From the NCBI GenBank assembly GCA_964500435.1, contig CAZCNL010000001.1, positions 326,542 to 390,541 of the forward strand: 64,000 nucleotides of DNA. The letters run 5' to 3'. Under the pieces are notes generated by a model. It saw only the letters and a program-made list of their open reading frames with translations, did no database searches and was not told the DNA's origin. The position numbers and the translations under genes are program-made. The stretch comes from an uncultured Chloroherpeton sp. (GTDB lineage: Bacteria > Bacteroidota > Ignavibacteria > Kapaibacteriales > UBA2268). This document shows, one piece after another, positions 42,353-51,294 of this stretch (positions are counted from its first letter, which is position 1; each line of letters starts with the position of its first letter).

Positions 42353-43016
42353 AATAAACTATTGTAAAATTTGAATTTGAAAAGTGATTATCGGTAATTG
42401 ATGCTGAACTTTGCAATTTAACTTTCAAATTCTTTAAGACATTACCAACACTAGTTGTATAAATTTGAATTTTTTGTAAATTTCCGCTTTTCATTCCTAA
42501 ATCACGTAAATCTTTAGATAGCAATGAAAATTGAGCACGTACTTTTTTGCCAGTCAATAAAGCTTGAACTTGCCCCGATGAGACATTATAAACCTCTTCG
42601 TTTGTAACACTTTGAACAGCCGTTTGGTATTTTGTTCTCTTAACACTTATTTTGGGTGCATTATTCGAATAATAAAGAGTATCAGGTGTTTCAAAACCAT
42701 AAGAATAATGCTTAGTTGATAATTTAGTAGAATCGTATTGTCCTGTTTTTTGATAAACTAAGTTATAAGTTAAATAATCCCATTCTCCACAATTATATTT
42801 ATCATGCGGAGTTAAAGGGTCGCATTTTAAATTGTAAAGCATTAGTATTTTTCTGAAAGATTCATCTTTAGGGGGGAATACAAAAAGCCCTCGCCTTTTA
42901 TAAATATCTTGATATGTAAAGGTTTGTACAGTAACTGTATCTTGGGCGAACGATTTAAATTCACTTGCAAAAATTAAAATAGCAAATGCAATTAAAAGGA
43001 TTCGAAAATTCTTCAT
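42300..43016 (-). pseudogene. N-terminal signal-peptide-bearing fragment of the same T9SS cargo gene, separated by a -1/+1 frameshift in an A6/T6 homopolymer
   Basis: Signal peptide MKNFRILLIAFAILIFASEFKSFAQ; it overlaps the downstream ORF by 52 nt, and removing one T from the T6 run fuses the two frames. Confidence 0.45.
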
Positions 43017-43148
43017 TATTTTTCCTTTAGGTTAATATAATGTTAATTAAATAATTAATTTCAAAATTAAGTATAAAAAGATAATTTTTCTTGATAAAGA
43101 AAGAAAAAAAGAAGAAAAATATTGAATTGAGAAAATAAGAAAAAATTG

Positions 43149-44861
43149 CTATTTAAATATCAATGAAATCTTAATGATTCCTTCTTCAGAAATTTTTAAA
43201 GTTTTAATTTCCATATTATTTGCATCTGAAATCATCGAAATTATACTATAGCTCAAACCTTCTGAAAAATCGGGAATATCTGTCTCTTTACATTTAACTT
43301 CAATTTCGAAGAATATTCTATTATTATTAAAGAATGTTCTAAAAGTAATTTTAGCACAATTATTTTGAATATAAGTCATATAATGAAGCATTATTACAAA
43401 TACTGCTTCTTGTAAACTTTTAATATCTGCATTAATTACTGGTTCTTCAGAAGATAAGTTGATTTCTAATTTTAAATCTGAATATGCAAAAGTTGAACGA
43501 TATTTTAAAAATTCTTTTTCAACAAATTCATTAAGGTCAACTAATCCAATTTTTGGTGAATATCCTTGAGCATATTTAATAAATATATTCATTGTTTGAA
43601 GATATTCACTTGTACTATCGTAGAAATTGTTCCATTGTTTTTGGAATTTATAATCAATATCTTTTGAAAAACTTTCGTTTAATTCTGCCATAAAATCTTT
43701 AATTGATTTTAAAATTGCTTGAGTATCTTTTCCAATGATTGCAAATTTTTCTCGAAAAGCTGTTTCTTTTAATCTATGTTTAGTTTCTTCCACTTCTAAA
43801 ATTGGTCGCAAGTCATTAATTATAGCAACTCGTCCCATAACTTCACTTTTAGTTTTAATATCATATATCTTTAAATGGACGGGGACATCTTCGTCATCTA
43901 AATTTTTAATATTTGTTTTCAAATACTCTATTGCTCCTTCTTCACTATCAATGCCTTCGAAAAATTGTTCGGGCAACATTTTACGTGCCTGTGCAATTCC
44001 TGGTTTGCGTTTTGATTTCCAATTTAATATTTGCTCAGCTGCCGGATTAAATATTTGTAATTTTCCTTTTCTATCAACTGCAATAATCCCTTCAGATGAA
44101 TTTTCGATTAAATTTCCATAAAAATCATGAATAAAATTAAGTTGCTCCTGTAACTTATTTATTTCAGTTACATCAATTCCAATTTCCATAACTTTCGTTA
44201 CGTTGCCGTTTATATCGTAAGAAACTGGTGCAGAAGTCATTATATAGTATGTTTTCTCGCCTGTCGAAGTAAAACCTATTTGACTGGACGAATGGACTGC
44301 TCCATCTTCAAATGTTGACAAAGTCGGACAATTATTACAAACTTGTTTTTTCTTTTTGAAAACTTCGTAACATTTTTTACCTCTTAAAACTCCAAAAGTG
44401 TTGACCATCCTGCGATTTGCACGCAAAATATTATAATTTTTATCGACAATAGAAATAAAGTTCGGTGAATTCTCGAATAATACGTTAAAGTCATTTTCCC
44501 AATGATTTACATCTTTTTGTGGAATTGCCATTTCTTGAACATATTTGACTTTTCCATTATTATCAAAAATTGGTGAAAAAATTACAACATCAAATACCAT
44601 TTTCCCAGATGCATCGATACTGGAATCTTGTACAACTTCGGTTTCGCCTGTTTGAAATACATTTTGAACTCTACATCTCAAACACGGCACTTTTGAATTT
44701 TTACAAATTTCGTGACAACGATTATTAGCCCAAGTACCGTAACTTTGTTCAAATTTCTTATTTGCTGCAACAATGACTTGGTCTTTATCCATAATTGCAA
44801 CTTTGAATGGCAAAGAATCAAAATAATTTTTTATAAAATCTTGGTCAATTATTCTATCCAT
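43149..44861 (-). CDS. multi-PAS sensor protein with Cys-rich PAS insertions and a degenerate C-terminal domain
   Basis: Three PAS-like modules (FKVAIMDKDQVIVAANKKF..., NFISIVDKNYNILRANRRM..., EGIIAVDRKGKLQIFNPAAEQIL); Cys clusters CHEIC...CLRC and C..C..CNNC; no H-box or G-boxes found. Confidence 0.55.
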   Translation of the reverse strand: MDRIIDQDFIKNYFDSLPFKVAIMDKDQVIVAANKKFEQSYGTWANNRCHEICKNSKVPCLRCRVQNVFQTGETEVVQDSSIDASGKMVFDVVIFSPIFDNNGKVKYVQEMAIPQKDVNHWENDFNVLFENSPNFISIVDKNYNILRANRRMVNTFGVLRGKKCYEVFKKKKQVCNNCPTLSTFEDGAVHSSSQIGFTSTGEKTYYIMTSAPVSYDINGNVTKVMEIGIDVTEINKLQEQLNFIHDFYGNLIENSSEGIIAVDRKGKLQIFNPAAEQILNWKSKRKPGIAQARKMLPEQFFEGIDSEEGAIEYLKTNIKNLDDEDVPVHLKIYDIKTKSEVMGRVAIINDLRPILEVEETKHRLKETAFREKFAIIGKDTQAILKSIKDFMAELNESFSKDIDYKFQKQWNNFYDSTSEYLQTMNIFIKYAQGYSPKIGLVDLNEFVEKEFLKYRSTFAYSDLKLEINLSSEEPVINADIKSLQEAVFVIMLHYMTYIQNNCAKITFRTFFNNNRIFFEIEVKCKETDIPDFSEGLSYSIISMISDANNMEIKTLKISEEGIIKISLIFK

Positions 44862-45111
44862 TTTTTCGTCTCAAAAGTTTGTAATTCTTTCTTTTTTTAA
44901 AACTTAAAATTACAAAAAAATCTCTAATTTTATTCTATTTATTAATAAAAATTAATTTAATTCTTGATAAATATTAATATTTTTTTAATTTAATTGAAAT
45001 TTAGTCCCATCTAATTAATTAATTATGTTTAAGCATTAATTGCTTAAATCTTATTTAATCAAATAGTTCACAAAAATATGTTAATTTTGTAAAAATCAAA
45101 TTATATTCTTA

Positions 45112-46392
45112 ATGACTTCTCTTAACGTTTTAATTATTGCATATTACTTTCCACCGATGGGTCTAAGTGGAGTTCAACGTATCACTAAATTCGTCAAGTA
45201 TCTTCCTGATTTAGGGTGGAATCCTATTGTACTCACCTCTAATTCCCCAGCATATTATGCTTTTGATGATTCTTTGTTGAAAGAAATTGAAGAAAAGAGT
45301 GTTCAAATATATCGAACCGAAGAAGATATAACAAAAATTGTAAAAAAGAATTCTAATCCGACTTTAAATTATCCAAGCAAGTTTCGTCAAAAAATTCAAT
45401 CTATTGTTTTACAAACTTTATTGCAACCAGATAGCAGAAGACTTTGGGCTAAACAAGCAATTGCAAAAGCTGAAGAAATTTTTAAAAACCATCAAATTGA
45501 TTTAATTTTTGCAACTGCTCCTCCATTTACTGATTTTTTAGTGGCTCATCATTTATCAAAAAAATACGAAGTTCCTTATGTTTTAGATTATCGTGATTTG
45601 TGGGTCGATAATCCATATTATTTTTACGCCTCTTTCTTTCACAAAAATTACGCTATTTCTTTGGAAGAAAAAATATTAATGAATGCATCTCGCTCGCTCG
45701 TGATTACTCGAGATATGAAAAATAAAATACTTAGCCGCTACCGTTTTTTGAATTATAATGATATTGCTATTCTTCCCCATGGCTATGACCAAGAAGATAT
45801 CGATAATGCTCAAGTATTAGCTCATAAATCAAAAAAATTTGTAATTGCACATTCTGGTGTTTTTTCAGCTGATTTAACTCCAGAATATTTCATTAAAGCT
45901 ATATCTTCTTTGATTAATGAAAAAACTGAAATTAAACAAGATTTGGAAATTAGATTTGTTGGTGTTCTACAAAAAAAATATAAAAAGTTAATTACTAAAA
46001 ATAATCTGGATGAGTTTTTTAAATTATATGGCTACGTAGAACATATTGAATCTGTAAAAATTCTTATAGAGTCCGATGTTCTTTGGATGATGGTTCCCAA
46101 TTCAATAGTAACACCAAGCAGATTTTATGAATATTTAGGCACTCGTAAACCAATGATTATTTCTTCTCCACCAAGCGAATTAACTAAAATCGTGGAGAAT
46201 TCAAATAGCGTTATTCGGACTGATTTTAAAGATATAAATGCAATTAAAAAAGCGATTTTGGAAATGTATATGAAATGGAAAAATGATAAATTAACACCAA
46301 TTAGCAATGAAATCACCGAAAAATATGAAAGAAAATCTTTAACTAAACAACTTGCTAAAGAACTTGCATATTGTGTCAAATTTAAACAATAA
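45112..46392 (+). CDS. glycosyltransferase (GT4-like)
   Basis: N-terminus LIIAYYFPPMGLSGVQR...VLT is typical of GT4-like enzymes; 426 aa. Confidence 0.5.
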   Translation: MTSLNVLIIAYYFPPMGLSGVQRITKFVKYLPDLGWNPIVLTSNSPAYYAFDDSLLKEIEEKSVQIYRTEEDITKIVKKNSNPTLNYPSKFRQKIQSIVLQTLLQPDSRRLWAKQAIAKAEEIFKNHQIDLIFATAPPFTDFLVAHHLSKKYEVPYVLDYRDLWVDNPYYFYASFFHKNYAISLEEKILMNASRSLVITRDMKNKILSRYRFLNYNDIAILPHGYDQEDIDNAQVLAHKSKKFVIAHSGVFSADLTPEYFIKAISSLINEKTEIKQDLEIRFVGVLQKKYKKLITKNNLDEFFKLYGYVEHIESVKILIESDVLWMMVPNSIVTPSRFYEYLGTRKPMIISSPPSELTKIVENSNSVIRTDFKDINAIKKAILEMYMKWKNDKLTPISNEITEKYERKSLTKQLAKELAYCVKFKQ

Positions 46393-46397
46393 CAGCC

Positions 46398-47294
46398 TTG
46401 TTAAAGAAAAATAATTCCCAAAAGTCTTACTTATTTGCAATATTTGCAATACTTTTTTGGAGCACTGTTGCCTCAGCTTTCAAAATCTCTTTATCATTTA
46501 TTAATGTTTATCAATTACTTGCAATTGCTTCATTTTCATCATTATTTATACTTTTAATCATATTGGCTTTTAATAAGAAAATAAATTTACTTTTCAAACA
46601 AACAAAAAAGGATTGGTCGTATTCTTTGGTTTTAGGCTTTATTAATCCATTTTTATATTATATCATCCTCTTTAATGCTTATAATTTATTGCCTGCACAA
46701 GAAGCAATGATTTTGAACTATTCCTGGCCTATTGTCCTAACTTTGTTTTCAACAATTTTCTTTAAGAATAAATTATCATTAAAAGTAATTTTTGCACTTT
46801 TAATTTCTTTTTTTGGAATTATTATCATTGCCACAAAAGGTAATTTAACTGAGCTTAAATTTTCTAATTTAACTGGCATTTTACTTGCTCTTGGAAGCGC
46901 TTTTGTTTGGTCTATTTTTTGGCTTATCAATATGAAAGATAATAGAGAGCCGTTAATTAAACTTACTTCAAGTTTTATTTTTGGCTCCCTTTTTTCATTG
47001 TTATTTTTTATAATTCTTCCGAATAAATTTAATTTTAATTTTTACGGAATTTTAAGTGCAATTTATGTTGGTTTTTTTGAAATGGGTGTAACTTTTGTTT
47101 TTTGGCTTAAAGCTATAAGTTCTTCCAAAAACACTGAAAAGATTAATAACTTAATTTATATTACACCCTTTTTATCTCTTCTTTTTATATCGGTTATTTT
47201 AAAAGAAAAAATATTTTTGTCCTCACTTTTTGGTTTATTTTTTATTTTGTTGGGTATTTTTATAAATTATATTTATAAAGAAAATAAAAAATAA
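46398..47294 (+). CDS. EamA/DMT-family transporter
   Basis: Ten TM helices arranged as two EamA-like halves. Confidence 0.7.
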   Translation: MLKKNNSQKSYLFAIFAILFWSTVASAFKISLSFINVYQLLAIASFSSLFILLIILAFNKKINLLFKQTKKDWSYSLVLGFINPFLYYIILFNAYNLLPAQEAMILNYSWPIVLTLFSTIFFKNKLSLKVIFALLISFFGIIIIATKGNLTELKFSNLTGILLALGSAFVWSIFWLINMKDNREPLIKLTSSFIFGSLFSLLFFIILPNKFNFNFYGILSAIYVGFFEMGVTFVFWLKAISSSKNTEKINNLIYITPFLSLLFISVILKEKIFLSSLFGLFFILLGIFINYIYKENKK

Positions 47295-47296
47295 CT

Positions 47297-48643
47297 CTAA
47301 ATTCCAGACACGGATATTTCATTTATTTTTATCGCTGGCGATTGTATTGTACGAGTTTTGTCTGGATTATTTGCAATCATTTCGATATTGTTTAAAATAG
47401 CATTTAAATTACCAGAAATTGTAATTTCGGCAACTGGGAAAGTCAATTCACCTTTTTCAATCATAATCCCAAAAGCTCCCTTGGAAATATCGCCTGTAGT
47501 AGTATCTGTACCTTGACCAATTAAATTTGTGATTAAGATACCTTTATCAGTACTTTTAATTAAATCTTCTTGAGAATTGTTTTCGGGTTGAATAATGAAA
47601 TTTGTAGGACCGGAAGCATTTCCAGTAGACTTTAAACCTAATTTTCTTGCTGAATATGTGCCTAATAAGTAATTTTTTAATACACCATTTTCGATAATAA
47701 CATTTTCCTTCGTAGGAGTGCCATCGCTATCAAAGGGGATAGAACCAATTCCACCTTTAACACGACCATTATCGACAATATTCAGTTTTGAAGAGGCAAT
47801 TTTATCATTTAATCTATTTGCAAGGTAACTACGATTCATATAAATATTTCCGCCACTTAAACATGCCGCAAGAAATCCAAATAATGAAGATGCAATGTTT
47901 GGTTCAAATATAACTGGGAAATTTCCTGAAGGTATTTTTCTTGCACCGATTAATCGAGTAACTCTTTCAATTGCTTTTTGTGCAATTGTTTCTACGTTAA
48001 TCATATTTTGGAGTTTTACTGCATTAAACCAATAGCCATCTTCGAACATATTATCATCATCACCGGCGTGGAGATGAATTCCTGCTCCAACTGATGAAGA
48101 CCGGAAACTGCCTTTTAACCCCTTAGAATTTACTATGAAAACTTCAGATATGCTCGTCCCATACATTGAACCGTCAGATACTTTGATTTTTTTATCTAAC
48201 AATGCTATTCTTTCTAATTCTTTCGCTTGCTGAATTTTAAAATCTGGATCTATTAATTCAACTTCATTATCATAAATTTCTAATTCATCAACTTTAAAAT
48301 CATTAGTAATAAAATCCGCCAACTTTGCAAAAGGGTCAGGTTCACTGTATTGTGCACGTTTAATTGCATTTTTAATTAATGTTTCAATTACTTCATCACG
48401 TAAATCGGAAGTAGATGCAGTAGCAACTTTATCTTCAACTAAAATTTTTATTGCCAAATTTGTTGAAATTGATTTATTTAGTTCTTGAATGTTACTATTT
48501 CTTACTTCAACGGAAAAATCATCTGAATTAAGAAGATAAATCTGCGATTCGGTCGCACCTTGTTTCAAAGCAAAGTTAATTAATCTTTCAATCCGATTGA
48601 AAAAGTAATCTGGATTAAAAGTAAAAATATCGGAATTACTCAT
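47297..48643 (-). CDS. pmbA: TldD/PmbA-family metalloprotease, PmbA-like
   Basis: TldD/PmbA fold with no HExxxH; overlaps tldD by 8 nt. Confidence 0.7.
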   Translation of the reverse strand: MSNSDIFTFNPDYFFNRIERLINFALKQGATESQIYLLNSDDFSVEVRNSNIQELNKSISTNLAIKILVEDKVATASTSDLRDEVIETLIKNAIKRAQYSEPDPFAKLADFITNDFKVDELEIYDNEVELIDPDFKIQQAKELERIALLDKKIKVSDGSMYGTSISEVFIVNSKGLKGSFRSSSVGAGIHLHAGDDDNMFEDGYWFNAVKLQNMINVETIAQKAIERVTRLIGARKIPSGNFPVIFEPNIASSLFGFLAACLSGGNIYMNRSYLANRLNDKIASSKLNIVDNGRVKGGIGSIPFDSDGTPTKENVIIENGVLKNYLLGTYSARKLGLKSTGNASGPTNFIIQPENNSQEDLIKSTDKGILITNLIGQGTDTTTGDISKGAFGIMIEKGELTFPVAEITISGNLNAILNNIEMIANNPDKTRTIQSPAIKINEISVSGI

Positions 48644-50039
48644 TATTTCCCCCGACAGTCATTTTTGAAATTTTCAGTGTTGGTGTTCCACTTGTAACTG
48701 CTACACTTTGCCCTTGCTTGCCACAAGTTCCTAAAAAGAACCCCATATCGTTTCCTACCATCTCAATTTTTTTCAAAATATCTAAATTTGTGCCTATTAA
48801 TGTAACATTTTTTATTGGTGATGTGAGTTTTCCATTTTCAATTAAATAGCCCAAATTAATTGAAAAAGTGAATTTTCCTGTACCGTTTACCATTCCACCT
48901 TGGAATGATTTTGCGTAGATACCATAATCTACTGAGGAAATAATCTCTTCGGGGCTATATTCCCCACGAGCAAGAACTGTGTTATTCATCCTTGGAATTG
49001 GTATATTTTGATATGATTGCCTTCGTCCATGTCCATTTCGTTTATGATTAAGCAATTTAGCATTCAAATAATCATTCATAAAACCAACTAATTTGCCTTT
49101 TTCCACTAATAGCACATTCTCAGTTTTATATCCTTCATCATCAATATTTAAACTACCACGATAATTTGGAATGGTTGCATCATCATAAATTGTAACATTT
49201 GGATTTGAAACCATTTCACCAAGTTTATTCCACATTACGGATGTTTTTGTTCGAATACTATCTGCTTCTAATGGATGTCCAATTGCTTCATGGATCATAA
49301 CACCTGATTCTTCAGAACCTAAAACAACGGGAAGTTCTCCAGATGGTGCATTTGTGGCTGAAAGCAAGATAATTGCTTCTTCTGAGGCTTTTCGTCCAAT
49401 ATTTTCAGGCGTATCAATATCTTGGAAAAACTTTAAACCATATCTTCCACCATTGTTACTCATCGCTGTAGTTCGAGTTTTATTGTCATCGGCAGTTGCT
49501 GCTACCATTAATCTGATCTGTGGACGAATATCAGAAATTAATAGCCCCTCAGAATTTGCAATTGTAATGTAACTTAAATTTGAATTTAAGTTTGCAGAAA
49601 CTTTAATAATTCTCTTATCATAATCTTGTGCTGCTTTGTATGCACGTTGAACCAAATCTATTTGCAATGGTATTTCTGTTTTTACGAGCGGTTCTTGCAA
49701 ATCATAAATTGTGCTTTGAAGAAACCTTTCTTGTAAATTTATTGCAGTCTTTTTTTTATTCGATTTTGCAACAACTGCTGCTGTTTTAGCGGTTTCTATT
49801 AACTTATCTAATGATAAATTATTGGTAAAAGCATAACCTGTTTGCTCTCCAATTATCACACGAACACCTATACCAAGGGAAATTGACTCAGATGTATTTT
49901 TAATAATATCCTCTTCCATATTAATGGAATTTGAAATACTATATTGAAAAAAAACATCTGCAAAATCACCTCCGTTGGATAGAGCAGCAAAAATTACTTT
50001 TTCAAATATTTGATTGTCTAATCCGAAGTTTTTGTACAT
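48636..50039 (-). CDS. tldD: TldD-family metalloprotease
   Basis: MIHEAIGHPLEADS HExxxH motif. Confidence 0.85.
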   Translation of the reverse strand: MYKNFGLDNQIFEKVIFAALSNGGDFADVFFQYSISNSINMEEDIIKNTSESISLGIGVRVIIGEQTGYAFTNNLSLDKLIETAKTAAVVAKSNKKKTAINLQERFLQSTIYDLQEPLVKTEIPLQIDLVQRAYKAAQDYDKRIIKVSANLNSNLSYITIANSEGLLISDIRPQIRLMVAATADDNKTRTTAMSNNGGRYGLKFFQDIDTPENIGRKASEEAIILLSATNAPSGELPVVLGSEESGVMIHEAIGHPLEADSIRTKTSVMWNKLGEMVSNPNVTIYDDATIPNYRGSLNIDDEGYKTENVLLVEKGKLVGFMNDYLNAKLLNHKRNGHGRRQSYQNIPIPRMNNTVLARGEYSPEEIISSVDYGIYAKSFQGGMVNGTGKFTFSINLGYLIENGKLTSPIKNVTLIGTNLDILKKIEMVGNDMGFFLGTCGKQGQSVAVTSGTPTLKISKMTVGGNNE

Positions 50040-50099
50040 ATATCCTTAATGTTAATTCATTTAAGACGAATTAACAAAAATATAATTAGGATGTCTAAT

Positions 50100-50516
50100 T
50101 TACTCACCAATAATCTTAATTAATACTCGCTTTCTTCTTTTTCCATCGAATTCTCCATAAAAGATTTGCTCCCATGGTCCAAAATCCAATTTTCCGTCTG
50201 TAATAGCAACACAAACTTCACGACCCATTATTTGCCTTTTCAAATGTGCATCTGCGTTATCTTCGAATCCATTATGATTATATTGACTATGAGGTTTTTC
50301 TGGTGCTAATTTTTCAAGCCAAATTTCGAAATCTTTATGCAATCCACTTTCGTCGTCGTTGATAAAAACACTTGATGTTATGTGCATTGCATTAATTAAA
50401 GCAATGCCTTCTTTGATTTTACTTTCACTTAATGCTTTTTCCACTTCAGGGGTAATGTTTATGTATTCTCGACGATTTTTCGTCTCGAACCAAAGTTCTT
50501 TCCTGAATGATTTCAT
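50100..50516 (-). CDS. yjbQ: YjbQ/UPF0047 family protein (secondary thiamine-phosphate synthase)
   Basis: The 138-aa product is collinear with E. coli YjbQ ([14 protein letters not shown] ~ HTSASLTLNEN). Confidence 0.8.
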   Translation of the reverse strand: MKSFRKELWFETKNRREYINITPEVEKALSESKIKEGIALINAMHITSSVFINDDESGLHKDFEIWLEKLAPEKPHSQYNHNGFEDNADAHLKRQIMGREVCVAITDGKLDFGPWEQIFYGEFDGKRRKRVLIKIIGE

Positions 50517-50592
50517 TTTTTCCTCATTTTTTGAAAAATTAAATGTAAAATTAATGAATTTTTTTCATATTTCCAAAAAATGTGGATATTTT

Positions 50593-51084
50593 TTATTCAT
50601 TAATAATTTCAATTTCCACTTCAGCCACTCCATCTTTTATCATATCCAATTCGGCTGCTGCGGAATAGGATAAATCAAGTACTCTGCCAGAAATAAATGG
50701 TCCCCTATCATTTACAACTACAAAAACGAATTTTGAATTTCTGAGATTAGTAACTTTTAATTTTGTTCCAAAAGGTAAGGTTCTATGTGCCGCAGTATAT
50801 TTATTTTTGGAGTATATTTCTCCATTCGCAGTTTTTCTGCCGATAAAATCATCTGAATAATAAGAAGCAAATCCACGTATAACCTGTCCTGGTTTAAATT
50901 CTATATTTTCATTATTATCATAAAATGATTTGTCAACTTTATAATTTTCTTGTTTTGAATTACTAAATCTAATCGACGATGAACAAGATATTGAAAATAA
51001 GGAAAGTATTAAAATTGCTATTATTAATCTTATTTTCAAAAAAATATAAACTTGATTATTATTTCTAAACAACTGTTCACTCAT
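50593..51084 (-). CDS. rlpA: RlpA-like double-psi beta-barrel lipoprotein (septal ring lytic transglycosylase family)
   Basis: ASYYSDDFIGRKTANGEIY...HRTLPFGTKLKVTN...VVVNDRGPF. Confidence 0.8.
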   Translation of the reverse strand: MSEQLFRNNNQVYIFLKIRLIIAILILSLFSISCSSSIRFSNSKQENYKVDKSFYDNNENIEFKPGQVIRGFASYYSDDFIGRKTANGEIYSKNKYTAAHRTLPFGTKLKVTNLRNSKFVFVVVNDRGPFISGRVLDLSYSAAAELDMIKDGVAEVEIEIINE

Positions 51085-51186
51085 TTTTTATACTTTTTCT
51101 CATATTACTTTAGACACTTTTTTTAATTATTTTTCCCAAATTATTTTGTAATTACTTATTATTTTATTAATTTTGTAATTCTATAT

Positions 51187-51262
51187 GGCGGAAGTAGCTC
51201 AATAGGTAGAGCATCAGATTGTGGCTCTGAGGGTTGTGGGTTCGAGTCCCATTTTTCGCCCA
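51187..51262 (+). tRNA. tRNA-His (anticodon GTG) with encoded G-1
   Basis: Cloverleaf folded by hand: G-1:C73; acceptor GCGGAAG/TTTTCGC; anticodon stem TCAGA/TCTGA with loop TTGTGGC; T-loop TTCGAGT. Confidence 0.85.
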
Positions 51263-51294
51263 AAATTTAAATAATTATTCCGCATTCATTTTAC

